The notes under the pieces: model-generated
What the model saw: the letters and a program-made list of their open reading frames with translations, nothing else
Databases searched by the model: none
What the model was told of the DNA's origin: nothing
Made by a program: the position numbers and the translations under genes
Part shown: positions 1-8,269 of the stretch, one piece after another
How positions within the stretch are numbered: the stretch's first letter is position 1
Layout of the letters: each line of letters begins with the position of its first letter
Virus record (IMG/VR): IMGVR_UViG_3300025575_000276
Source of the DNA: a virus
Lineage: Duplodnaviria > Heunggongvirae > Uroviricota > Caudoviricetes
DNA length: 18,681 nucleotides
Direction: 5' to 3' (one strand)

Positions 1-1
1 T

Positions 2-196
2 AAGGTAGGAGATAAAGTCCGGGTACATGAGGAGACACGTTTTAGCGAAAAGTCAAGTAAAGACCTATTTATAGGTGGTATAAAACTACTTAATGACTAT
101 GAACCAATATATGCATTCCTTAAATCTAAAAAAGATGGTTCACCATCAAAAATAGCAGAGTACTGCTGGAGCATAGTAAGTATTGAGAAAATCTAA
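2..196 (+). CDS. 3' end of a small phage-type hypothetical protein (truncated by window edge)
   Basis: Frame 2 is open from the window start to TAA at 194-196: KVGDKVRVHEE...KSKKDGSPSKIAEYCWSIVSIEKI*. It ends 16 nt before the ligase ATG. Confidence 0.6.
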   Translation, partial: KVGDKVRVHEETRFSEKSSKDLFIGGIKLLNDYEPIYAFLKSKKDGSPSKIAEYCWSIVSIEKI

Positions 197-212
197 CATT
201 TAAAATTATCCA

Positions 213-1358
213 ATGAAAACATTATATGGCCTTACCAAAGAAGGCAAAGTAAAAATTGTAAACGTCTACTCAGACGGTGCTCACATGGTTGTTGAATCAG
301 GTAGGTATGGAGGAAAACTTGTTACCCATGACAAGGTGTGTAAGGAAAAGAACACCGGAAGAGCTAACGTCGTTAGTGCGGAAGAACAGGCTAAACTAGA
401 GGTGTCTAGGGAGATCAAGAAGAAGATCGAACAGGACTTCTATGTTGAGATCCCGGCAGCAATCGAAGGCAACCTAACCCTTATTGAGGAATTCCTTGGT
501 GAGAATATTGACAAGTCTTCAAGTCCGATGTTGGCCGAGACCTACGAGGACTTTAAACACAAGGTTGACTACTCTCAAGGAATTCTTGAATCAGAAAAAC
601 TTGATGGGAACAGGTGTACCTTAACTGCGTTCAATGGAGTTATTTCCTTGAAGTCTCGAAAAGGTAAAGCTATCACGACCATGAGTCATATCGAGAAGCA
701 AGCCATGCAAATCCACATGAACTCAAAGTTGAACTTCATATTGGATGGTGAACTTTACAACCACAATACTGACGATGATCAGTTTGAAATGCTCCAGTCA
801 GCAGTAAAGAAGTACCATGCAGGTGTATCAGAACTTGTTGAACTTCATGTCTACGATATGATCTTCGACAAACCTGTTGCTGCTGTTTCCCGGTATAACT
901 ACTACAAGGAGTTCCTTACTAAGTTCGGAACTTCCCACATCTTTGCTCACAAGCAATATGTTGTACACAGTGAGCAGGAAATGATGGATCTATTCCGGTC
1001 ATTTACTGCAAATGGTTTTGAGGGAGCTGTACTTAGAATGCCAGGTGCATTTTATGAGAACAATAGAACTCAATCGATGCTGAAAGTAAAGGAGATGCAG
1101 GACGATGAGTTTAAGATCCTTGATGTTATTCCAATGGAGTCTCGTCCTGAATTTGCTCGGGTTGTCTTATGCACTGCTGATGGGAGGTCTTTCAAAGCCA
1201 CTCCTAAATGTTCAGAACCTCAGAAGATCGAGATGCTCAAAAACCGTGAACAGTATCTTGGAAAGGTTGGAACCGTTCAGTTCTTCAGTAAAACGAAGAA
1301 TAACATTCCAAGGTTCCCTGTATTCAAAGGACTCAGAGAACTCTCAGATTTGAACTAA
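213..1358 (+). CDS. lig: ATP-dependent DNA ligase (phage type) with an N-terminal extension
   Basis: Motif I EKLDGNR (KxDGxR), motif III FILDGELY, IIIa LHVYDM, IV GFEGAVLR, V MLKVK, and an OB-fold tail ending GTVQFF...PRFPVF. Confidence 0.93.
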   Translation: MKTLYGLTKEGKVKIVNVYSDGAHMVVESGRYGGKLVTHDKVCKEKNTGRANVVSAEEQAKLEVSREIKKKIEQDFYVEIPAAIEGNLTLIEEFLGENIDKSSSPMLAETYEDFKHKVDYSQGILESEKLDGNRCTLTAFNGVISLKSRKGKAITTMSHIEKQAMQIHMNSKLNFILDGELYNHNTDDDQFEMLQSAVKKYHAGVSELVELHVYDMIFDKPVAAVSRYNYYKEFLTKFGTSHIFAHKQYVVHSEQEMMDLFRSFTANGFEGAVLRMPGAFYENNRTQSMLKVKEMQDDEFKILDVIPMESRPEFARVVLCTADGRSFKATPKCSEPQKIEMLKNREQYLGKVGTVQFFSKTKNNIPRFPVFKGLRELSDLN

Positions 1359-1360
1359 CT

Positions 1361-1933
1361 ATGGAAAGAAAGTTCAGTCCAAACGGAGGGCAGATAACCG
1401 CAGCTCAAAACCTGTTTATTGCAATGGCATTCAATCAGGTTGCACAAGAAGCATTTGAGAAGTTCGAGACTCAAATACTTTCCACTGGTGAGTACCACTA
1501 TTCAGATAGGTGTTATGATCCAAAATACGCAGGAATGCAGGATCTTCCAGAGGACAGAATCATTAGGAAGGTAAGTGACACTTGTCAGATGAAGGGCCTT
1601 ATGAACCTTGGGAAACCAGAGTACGAAGGATCTGATTGTGAAAAGTATTACAAAGAACTAGGCAGATTAGCTTCCAATGCAGGTTTTGTTAAAGCTGAAA
1701 ATGGTGGTGCATCAGCAAGTTATGATGTAACAAAGTGTGAGCGAATTCTATTCAATGAAACAAAGGAAATTCATAAGATTGATGATGAAATTCTTTGCAG
1801 TAATATGGAAGTTAGGAAAAAGGTTTTAGACTTACTACTTAGCCTGTTTGCGAACCTTGTACAAGAACGTGACATGGAGTATGCAAAACGCAAGTACTTT
1901 AATGAACGAATGAACCCAGTTAAAGAAGGTTAA
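1361..1933 (+). CDS. Hypothetical protein (190 aa)
   Basis: Starts 2 nt after the ligase stop and has the same codon style. No recognisable motif. Confidence 0.8.
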   Translation: MERKFSPNGGQITAAQNLFIAMAFNQVAQEAFEKFETQILSTGEYHYSDRCYDPKYAGMQDLPEDRIIRKVSDTCQMKGLMNLGKPEYEGSDCEKYYKELGRLASNAGFVKAENGGASASYDVTKCERILFNETKEIHKIDDEILCSNMEVRKKVLDLLLSLFANLVQERDMEYAKRKYFNERMNPVKEG

Positions 1934-1984
1934 CTGACGAGACTCTTAATGAGCGAAACTCCCTAGAAATAGGGAGTCTTAACC
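1928..1984 (+). ncRNA. Type I hammerhead ribozyme
   Basis: Stem I GGTTAA (1928-33) pairs with TTAACC (1979-84). Core CTGACGA (1934-40). Stem II is G-A-CTC-TTAAT-GAG-C (1941-54, G-C closing pair, bulged A). GAAA (1955-58). Stem III CTCCCTA-GAAA-TAGGGAG (1959-76) plus the A1958-T1977 pair. Cleavage triplet GTC (1976-78). All core nucleotides are present in the correct order. Confidence 0.88.
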
Positions 1985-1996
1985 AAATAATTTGAA

Positions 1997-2233
1997 ATGA
2001 ATAAATCCAACAAGATAAATGATGCGGAACAAGAAAGGATGTGTGCCTTGTGCGAGACGTACATTATCGAAGGTTCTAGTAACTCCTCAATGTTTTTATG
2101 CGAGGGCAGGTATTGTGAGTCTGCTTATGATCTGTTGGTTGAAGAGCAACCTACTTTACTTGAGTCTATTACCTACAAACTAAACCTAATCTTAAAATAT
2201 TTATGGCCGTTAAAACTAAAAAAGACGAACTAG
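1997..2233 (+). CDS. Small Cys-containing hypothetical protein (78 aa)
   Basis: ORF follows the ribozyme. Contains CxxC (CALC) and CxxxxC (CEGRYC). Overlaps the next ORF. Confidence 0.65.
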   Translation: MNKSNKINDAEQERMCALCETYIIEGSSNSSMFLCEGRYCESAYDLLVEEQPTLLESITYKLNLILKYLWPLKLKKTN

Positions 2234-2514
2234 TTCTGATTGCATCTATAATGTCTTACCACATTGGAGATGCATTATTTGTAAAACACCAAATGCACTT
2301 CATTGATTCCCATGAAATCATCGTTGGATGGGCAAGGGAATTCCAGAAGATACACAAGAAAACCAACTGGGACTTTATCTTCGACCAAGAGAATACAAAG
2401 ATCCAGCCACTCTCCAAGGCATATAGTGACGATGTTATTATAACTTGGGATGAAGTTATCGAAGACTACATTTATTATAAACTTGAAAATTTTAACAATG
2501 ATACTAAAAGTTAA
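2203..2514 (+). CDS. Hypothetical protein (103 aa)
   Basis: Overlaps neighbours on both sides in the co-directional run. No motif recognised. Confidence 0.65.
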   Translation: MAVKTKKDELVLIASIMSYHIGDALFVKHQMHFIDSHEIIVGWAREFQKIHKKTNWDFIFDQENTKIQPLSKAYSDDVIITWDEVIEDYIYYKLENFNNDTKS

Positions 2515-2932
2515 TGCTGAAGAATTGGCAAGAAGCCTAGCTCTTATGGACATGGCACTTGATGAGGTGCCTTGTGAAGTTCACGGAACTGCTGACTTCG
2601 AATGGTACACTTCCCTTTACGACAAGTTCTTTTCAGTCATAATAGAACATGCTCCTGAACTTGAACCTAAAGTTGAGAGACCAAATCATCGTAGAATGAG
2701 CATGTTGGAGTGGATTGAAGAATTTAACCCATGTACTGATGATGAGGGTGGATTAAGAGAGTTCACTTCTGAAATGTTGGATATGGGATCTCTTCATAAA
2801 GACTCAAAGAGAGTCTGGACAAGATATCGGAGAGATAACATTTTCTATGTTACCACTGGTAGGCACCGTTTATTCGCTTACTGTTACTATGTTACTGAGA
2901 AAGAGTTTGAAGAAGATATTTTAATAAATTAA
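2498..2932 (+). CDS. Hypothetical phage protein; C-terminal domain paralogous to the N-terminus of 3109-3825
   Basis: Likely start is ATG 2498 (in frame with the track ORF at 2450). Contains EWIEEFNP..DDEG..REF...RVWTR...G.H...YYVTEKEFE. Confidence 0.75.
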   Translation: MILKVNAEELARSLALMDMALDEVPCEVHGTADFEWYTSLYDKFFSVIIEHAPELEPKVERPNHRRMSMLEWIEEFNPCTDDEGGLREFTSEMLDMGSLHKDSKRVWTRYRRDNIFYVTTGRHRLFAYCYYVTEKEFEEDILIN

Positions 2933-2957
2933 ACCAACCAAAACAACAGAATAATCT

Positions 2958-3131
2958 ATGGAAGAAGACTATCTATTTACTATCGGAGTTGACGGATGGA
3001 CAAGGCTAGATGAGAGAAAACGGATCATCGAATTTCTATCACAAGGCTCCTGTCATACTCCAAGACAATACAGAAAATTAAGTACAAACGATTTACAAAT
3101 AATGTATAATGAGTACACAGAAAGAGATTAA
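2958..3131 (+). CDS. Small hypothetical protein (57 aa), not in the ORF track
   Basis: ATG 2958 to TAA 3129-31: MEEDYLFTIGVDGWTRLDERKRIIEFLSQGSCHTPRQYRKLSTNDLQIMYNEYTERD. It fills the otherwise empty gap, has an A-rich leader and overlaps the next start. Confidence 0.5.
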   Translation: MEEDYLFTIGVDGWTRLDERKRIIEFLSQGSCHTPRQYRKLSTNDLQIMYNEYTERD

Positions 3132-3825
3132 AGCAGTAGAAGAAACCCGGTTAGTTACACTAACCTTCGATGAGTGGGTGGAGAAGTATAAACCAATACT
3201 GGATGATGAAGGTTGTCCGAGGGCGTTTGAAACTTACGGTGCAGACTTTGTTCAAGTAAAAACACATCCTGTGAATCGGGTCTGGACAAGACTAAATTGT
3301 GATGGGAGTATGCCCATTGCAAATGGATGGCACTTTGTTAACCGGGATGTATACTTTCTCACAGAAGTTCCTTTCGAGAAAGGTGAAGAGATTGAAGTAA
3401 AGGATGATTTTGAACTGACAGAAGATGAAAAACTTGCAGAGTTCATCAATAACATGGATTGGGGCGGTACAGAAATATTCCCTAATGAGGAGAATGGATT
3501 ACCAACTACTCAGCAATTGGGGTTTAACTACCGTGTCTTTGATACTCACAGTGATGATGGTCACGACATCCTGGTAGAAGATGGTGGAGTTGCCAGTACC
3601 CACAATGCAGGTGAGTATATGCTCCTAACTCTTTACAAAGGCAGAATAAACCTTGATTCTGACATGGAAGATATTTGGACTGCATTAGGAGAAAATGACC
3701 ATGTTTACCTTCAGGAATTCTCTCTTGAGGCTCCGTTAAAGGAAATGGTGGAGTACGCTCTTGACTGGCTTGTAATGGGTTGTATTAGTGAACTTAAAGA
3801 GAAAAAAGAAAATGAAAAAGAATAA
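3109..3825 (+). CDS. Acidic two-domain hypothetical phage protein (238 aa)
   Basis: N-terminal domain EWVEKYKP..DDEG..RAFETYG...RVWTR...NGWHFVNR..YFLTEVPFE, followed by an acidic C-terminal domain. Confidence 0.8.
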   Translation: MSTQKEIKAVEETRLVTLTFDEWVEKYKPILDDEGCPRAFETYGADFVQVKTHPVNRVWTRLNCDGSMPIANGWHFVNRDVYFLTEVPFEKGEEIEVKDDFELTEDEKLAEFINNMDWGGTEIFPNEENGLPTTQQLGFNYRVFDTHSDDGHDILVEDGGVASTHNAGEYMLLTLYKGRINLDSDMEDIWTALGENDHVYLQEFSLEAPLKEMVEYALDWLVMGCISELKEKKENEKE

Positions 3826-4300
3826 TGCAGGTACAGAGGAAGTCATTGATATATTCCTCTCTGAAGAAAAGTTCCCTATTGCTTTTAAAGCAAAGGTCGA
3901 TGAATTAGTCGGGCAGGGATGGGAAGAAGCTGAGGCAAGGGAATGGATACCAAAGGTTACCTTCCAAATGGAACTTTACTACTCCGTAGATCAAGGATTA
4001 TTTATGGTTGAGGCTGAGGCCGTAGAGTCAATTGCAATCTTCAATCCTTACTCTGGTGATGAACTGGAAGAGTGCGAAGATTCAATCATTGAACAAGCTG
4101 ATTCCAATTATTACTGTTGCCCTAAATGTGGGTCAACTGATGTCCATATAAAAGCATGGGTTGGTTTAAACACCAGTAAGTATATTGGGACTGCTGAGGA
4201 AGAACGTATCTGGTGTCCCCATTGTGAAAGACATTTTGAACCTGTAACAGTTGAAGAGTTTAAAACTGACGGACCAACGGAGGAGGAAGGAGAAGAATAA
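3812..4300 (+). CDS. Hypothetical protein with C-terminal Zn-ribbon
   Basis: Likely start is ATG 3812. C-terminal CPKCGS...WCPHC pair. Its stop overlaps the next start (TAATG). Confidence 0.8.
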   Translation: MKKNNAGTEEVIDIFLSEEKFPIAFKAKVDELVGQGWEEAEAREWIPKVTFQMELYYSVDQGLFMVEAEAVESIAIFNPYSGDELEECEDSIIEQADSNYYCCPKCGSTDVHIKAWVGLNTSKYIGTAEEERIWCPHCERHFEPVTVEEFKTDGPTEEEGEE

Positions 4301-4890
4301 TGGCAACATACCTTGTGTACGACACGGAGACAACCGGGAAAATCCCCAAACACATCAAAACACTATACTCAAATAACATCCATGAGATCCCGAGACTAAT
4401 TCAGTTAGCTTGGGTTCTCTACGATGAGAAAGGGGTGGCTATTAATAAAAGGTGTGAACTGATTAAACCTAATGGGTGGACCATGCCAACAGAGAAGTTC
4501 TGGATCGACAATGGTTACTCCCATGAAAAGAACCTGAAGTTTGGAATTCCAATTGAGTACATCCTTCCTGACTTTGCAGACAAGATCCTGAAAGCAGACT
4601 ACCTTGTTTCTCATAACATGTGGTTTGATGAGAAAATCATGGCAGCAGAGTTTATAAGGCTCAATGCCGTAGTTGGTAAGAAGATCGACAAACTCTGCAC
4701 AAAAGAAATGAGTACTGACTTCTGTAAACTACCTGGTAACTATGGCAAGTATAAGTGGCCAACACTTACTGAACTCCACACAAAACTGTTTGGAGTTGGG
4801 TTCGATGGCGCTCACGATGCCTTGGCAGACGTTGAGGCTTGTGCTAGGTCTCTATTCCAATTGAAAAATCTGGGAATAATCCCCCAATAA
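4300..4890 (+). CDS. DEDDh 3'-5' exonuclease (DnaQ / Pol III epsilon-like)
   Basis: ExoI YDTETTG, ExoII SHNMWFD, ExoIII HDALAD. Confidence 0.9.
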   Translation: MATYLVYDTETTGKIPKHIKTLYSNNIHEIPRLIQLAWVLYDEKGVAINKRCELIKPNGWTMPTEKFWIDNGYSHEKNLKFGIPIEYILPDFADKILKADYLVSHNMWFDEKIMAAEFIRLNAVVGKKIDKLCTKEMSTDFCKLPGNYGKYKWPTLTELHTKLFGVGFDGAHDALADVEACARSLFQLKNLGIIPQ

Positions 4891-4902
4891 AAAGTATATT
4901 GT

Positions 4903-4948
4903 TACTACGTTTTAATGTGTATGCAATCATTAAAACGTAGTATCTTTG
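4903..4948 (+). promoter_or_regulatory. Perfect 15-bp inverted repeat overlapping a Bacteroidota-type -7 promoter element upstream of nrdJ
   Basis: TACTACGTTTTAATG (4903-17) and CATTAAAACGTAGTA (4928-42), 10-nt spacer. TATCTTTG at 4941-48 matches the TAnnTTTG consensus. No clear -33 TTTG. Confidence 0.65.
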
Positions 4949-4993
4949 TACTTCGTAATCACGAATTTTAATACTACTATTTACTTTTTATAA

Positions 4994-7444
4994 ATGAAAC
5001 AATCGACTAACGTAGAGGCGATTAAAATCCCTCTTAACGACTTCTCTATGGAAGTCTTTGATCAGACCTATAGCCATAAAGGTGAAAGTGTTGCAGGTAT
5101 GTGGGGCAGAGTAGCTGGATCCCTTGCTGCATCAGAGAAAGACAGGAAAAAGTGGGAACTTCAGTTCTTTAACTTATTACTGGATTTTAAAGCTATCCTT
5201 GGAGGTAGAATACTCAGCAACGCTGGCGCAGGATATGAGAGCACTACCCTACTCAACTGCTTTGCAGATGGTGTTCCCGGCAAAGATAAAGACTCAATGG
5301 AAGGAATACTTCGAGCATTGAGGCATCAAGCTCTCATCCTTAAATCTGAAGGTGGTTATGGAATGTGTGCAGATGTCCTTCGACCTCGTGGTGGGTACAT
5401 TGCCGGCATAGGAAGTACAACTCCCGGTGCTGTAAAGATGCTTGAAATGTGGAACACACAGTCTGTAGTTATTACAGAAGGATCTGGTATGGAGTCAGAC
5501 AAGGGTAAGAAGAAGAATAGAAAAGGTGCTCAAATGTTCACTATGTCTGTCCATCATCCTGATATTGAAGAGTTCATAACAGCTAAACAAACAGCAGGGA
5601 GATTGACTAAATGCAATATGTCAGCGTTGATCACCGATCAGTTTATGAATGCCGTACAACAGGACCTAGATTGGATACTGTACTATCCTTCCTTTGAAAC
5701 ACAAAAAGAACTTTATAAGGAGGAATGGGATGGGAATTGGGATCACTGGGAAGAAGTTGGAGGAAAATATGACACTTATAAAACCCTTAAAGCAAGGGCA
5801 CTTTATGATTTGATTATGTCTGCAACTTACAATCGCAATGAACCCGGAGTGATATTCATTGACCTTATTAATAGGATGAACAATCTTACTGAGATTGAAT
5901 TCATTAATACAACAAATCCATGTGGAGAAGTACCATTGCCAGTTGGAGGGGCCTGTCTACTTGGGTCGATAAACTGTACTCAGTACGTTCTTCCAGACCT
6001 AAGTGATTGGGACTTCGTAAAATTAAATAGGGATGTTCCGACTCTAGTAAGGATGGCAGATAATGTTATTGACATTACCTACTTACCTTTACCTGAGCAA
6101 ATCATTGAGGCCAAAAATAAACGAAGACTTGGCCTTGGTAATTTAGGAGTGGGGTCTGCATTGATGATGATGAAAGTCAGATATGGTTCGGAGAAGGGTT
6201 GCCAGTTAGCAAGTGAGTTTGAAAACATGTACGCCAATTTGTGCTACCAAGCATCCGCTTTACTGGCCAAAGAGAAAGGAGCTTTCCCATTGTGGAATTA
6301 TGAAAACTTCCTTAAAGGAGGTTACCATAAGATCCTTTCTAAAGAAACAATGGAATTGATTAAGTTACATGGATTACGTAACTCTCATTTACTTGCATTT
6401 GCTCCTAATGGTAATACTGGCATACTGGCCAATTGTGTGTCTGGCGGTTGCGAACCTGTATTCATGCCGGAGTATATTCGCACATCAGCAGTTGAAGTTT
6501 TACCTAAAGGTATACCTACTTATCCGTTATGGCCTACCATTGGTAGAGAAGGAGACGTTAATGTACATCTCTGGGAGACTGAAAATGGAACTCTTTATAA
6601 ATGGGACAAGGACCGGGGATATACAAAGGAGACTCTAGTTGAAGATTATGCTGTCCGAGTACTCAAGGCTCGTGGTGAGTGGGATCCAAAAGCTGATTGG
6701 GCTGCAACAACAACTACTCTTACGGTAACTGACCACATCAACATGTTAAAGGCGATTGCTCCTTATGTTGATCAGGCGATAAGTAAGACTATCAACTTAC
6801 CAAATGATTACCCTTATGAAGATTTCAAAAACATGTACATGGATGCATGGGAATCAGGGGTAATTAAAGGACTAACTTCTTACCGTGAAGGGACAATGAC
6901 AGCAGTTCTAAAGGCTGTTGATACACCCGATGTGCCTTGTACTACTAATACCAAGAAGAGACCTAAGAAGGTACCTTGCGACATAAACTCCATCAAAGTA
7001 AAAGGAGAGGATTGGATAGTACTGGTAGGATTGGATGAGGGAAGGCCGTTTGAGGTGTTCGCATTTCAACCAGTAGATATCTCACTATCTAAATCCATTA
7101 CAAAAGGAACACTTGTAAAAACTGAAAAGGGGTACGATCTGGTTACAGATACTATCACTATTCGAAACATTGCAAAGCATTTCCTCTCTGACGAAGAGCA
7201 AGCACTGACCCGAATGATTAGTGTCCTCGGACTTAAGCAAGGAACAGACATTGCATTCATCGTGGAACAACTTAATAAGGTTCCGGGTAATGTTACATCT
7301 TTCGCCAGAGCTATCAGTAGAACGCTTGCCAAATATATTGGTGCTACCGACACTGGGGAATTATGCCCTACCTGTGGGAAAAAGTTGGTACGAGAAGCCG
7401 GTTGCACCGGATGTAAAAACTGCGGTTACTCCAAGTGTGGGTAA
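4994..7444 (+). CDS. nrdJ: Class II adenosylcobalamin-dependent ribonucleotide reductase with C-terminal TSCPD-like and Zn-ribbon domain
   Basis: GGRILSNAG, LLNCF, TNPCGE, GACLLGSIN, RRLGLG, APNGNTG...GCEP, DQAISKTINLP, and C-terminal CPTCG...CTGCKNCGYSKCG. No beta subunit gene nearby. No intein seen. Confidence 0.95.
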   Translation: MKQSTNVEAIKIPLNDFSMEVFDQTYSHKGESVAGMWGRVAGSLAASEKDRKKWELQFFNLLLDFKAILGGRILSNAGAGYESTTLLNCFADGVPGKDKDSMEGILRALRHQALILKSEGGYGMCADVLRPRGGYIAGIGSTTPGAVKMLEMWNTQSVVITEGSGMESDKGKKKNRKGAQMFTMSVHHPDIEEFITAKQTAGRLTKCNMSALITDQFMNAVQQDLDWILYYPSFETQKELYKEEWDGNWDHWEEVGGKYDTYKTLKARALYDLIMSATYNRNEPGVIFIDLINRMNNLTEIEFINTTNPCGEVPLPVGGACLLGSINCTQYVLPDLSDWDFVKLNRDVPTLVRMADNVIDITYLPLPEQIIEAKNKRRLGLGNLGVGSALMMMKVRYGSEKGCQLASEFENMYANLCYQASALLAKEKGAFPLWNYENFLKGGYHKILSKETMELIKLHGLRNSHLLAFAPNGNTGILANCVSGGCEPVFMPEYIRTSAVEVLPKGIPTYPLWPTIGREGDVNVHLWETENGTLYKWDKDRGYTKETLVEDYAVRVLKARGEWDPKADWAATTTTLTVTDHINMLKAIAPYVDQAISKTINLPNDYPYEDFKNMYMDAWESGVIKGLTSYREGTMTAVLKAVDTPDVPCTTNTKKRPKKVPCDINSIKVKGEDWIVLVGLDEGRPFEVFAFQPVDISLSKSITKGTLVKTEKGYDLVTDTITIRNIAKHFLSDEEQALTRMISVLGLKQGTDIAFIVEQLNKVPGNVTSFARAISRTLAKYIGATDTGELCPTCGKKLVREAGCTGCKNCGYSKCG

Positions 7445-7464
7445 TCCTATAATTTGACAATAAC

Positions 7465-7527
7465 ATTCCCTCTTAGAGGGGATTTTGAAAGGTTGATCAA
7501 GGGGATGAGTGGTTACTTCCCCTTTTT
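7465..7527 (+). terminator. Tandem intrinsic terminator-like hairpins after nrdJ
   Basis: Hairpin 1 is ATTCCCTC-TTA-GAGGGGAT (7465-83) followed by TTT. Hairpin 2 is AGGGGA(TG)AGT-GGTT-ACTTCCCCT (7500-23) followed by TTTT. Confidence 0.65.
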
Positions 7528-7552
7528 CTTCTAAAATATAATCTATCAATAA

Positions 7553-7960
7553 ATGAGTAAAAAACTAACAGAAATAATCAACTTCAGAAAACTCGATGCT
7601 CAAATAATGACTCTCGTTAAAATGACTGACAATCCAAAGAATCATACGAAAATGGACGTTAAGAATGCATACGAGATACTTGATTTCATTGTAGAAGTTA
7701 AGAATTATATAATTGAGAACGAAGGAAAAACAGAAGTAGAGATGTTTCCATTTGTATACGCAGATCACCTTTATCAACCTGAGTTTGATGAAGGTCAACC
7801 GGGAAAAGTAACAGAGTCCGATAAAGTCATACCCCAAATTTTATTTTGGGAAAACTCCGAGACCTGCCAGGCAAAGTTTCCCAACACTTTAATACTAATT
7901 TACAGGAAGGAAGAAGTTCCTCCTAATTATATTGTAATCGATTCTACAGAGGATCAATAA
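7553..7960 (+). CDS. Hypothetical protein (135 aa)
   Basis: ORF with an A/T-rich leader in the co-directional run. No motif recognised. Confidence 0.75.
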   Translation: MSKKLTEIINFRKLDAQIMTLVKMTDNPKNHTKMDVKNAYEILDFIVEVKNYIIENEGKTEVEMFPFVYADHLYQPEFDEGQPGKVTESDKVIPQILFWENSETCQAKFPNTLILIYRKEEVPPNYIVIDSTEDQ

Positions 7961-7972
7961 AACCAGAGACAA

Positions 7973-8269
7973 ATGACAGATAAGAAAGCTGGCCGGGTAA
8001 TCAGTATGGGGCCAACAAAACCTGAACCCAAACAAAAAGAGGTTCCAGTAGAAGTAATCGAGGAAACCATCGAAGTTCCTCTATTAGAAGGACAGTCCAT
8101 CATGTATGTGCTAGATCCAAGTGCTATTGAAACTATTGAAGACGTAGCAATAATTTTGGATGGGTTACACATTGGATTACTTCCGGACAATTTTAATTCC
8201 CTTGATGGAAGAGTACAACAACTCTTTAGAAGGGCAGTAGTAGAAACAATACCTAAATCAAATAACTAA
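7973..8269 (+). CDS. Hypothetical protein (98 aa)
   Basis: Stop abuts the next ATG (TAAATG). Confidence 0.75.
   Translation: MTDKKAGRVISMGPTKPEPKQKEVPVEVIEETIEVPLLEGQSIMYVLDPSAIETIEDVAIILDGLHIGLLPDNFNSLDGRVQQLFRRAVVETIPKSNN

Noticed and set aside
1958-1980. ACTCCCTA-GAAA-TAGGGAGT as a simple intrinsic terminator
   Set aside because: The U-tract is poor (CTT), and the hairpin is fully explained as stem III of the hammerhead.
2720-2790. CTGATGA...GAAA inside ORF 2498-2932 as a second hammerhead
   Set aside because: No closing R-Y pair for stem II, no stem III or NUH site, and it lies in conserved coding sequence (DDEG). The same applies to CTGACGA near 770 and 7190.
4891-4993. Cobalamin riboswitch ahead of nrdJ
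   Set aside because: Only about 45 nt lie between the -7 box and the ATG, and no B12-box sequence is present.
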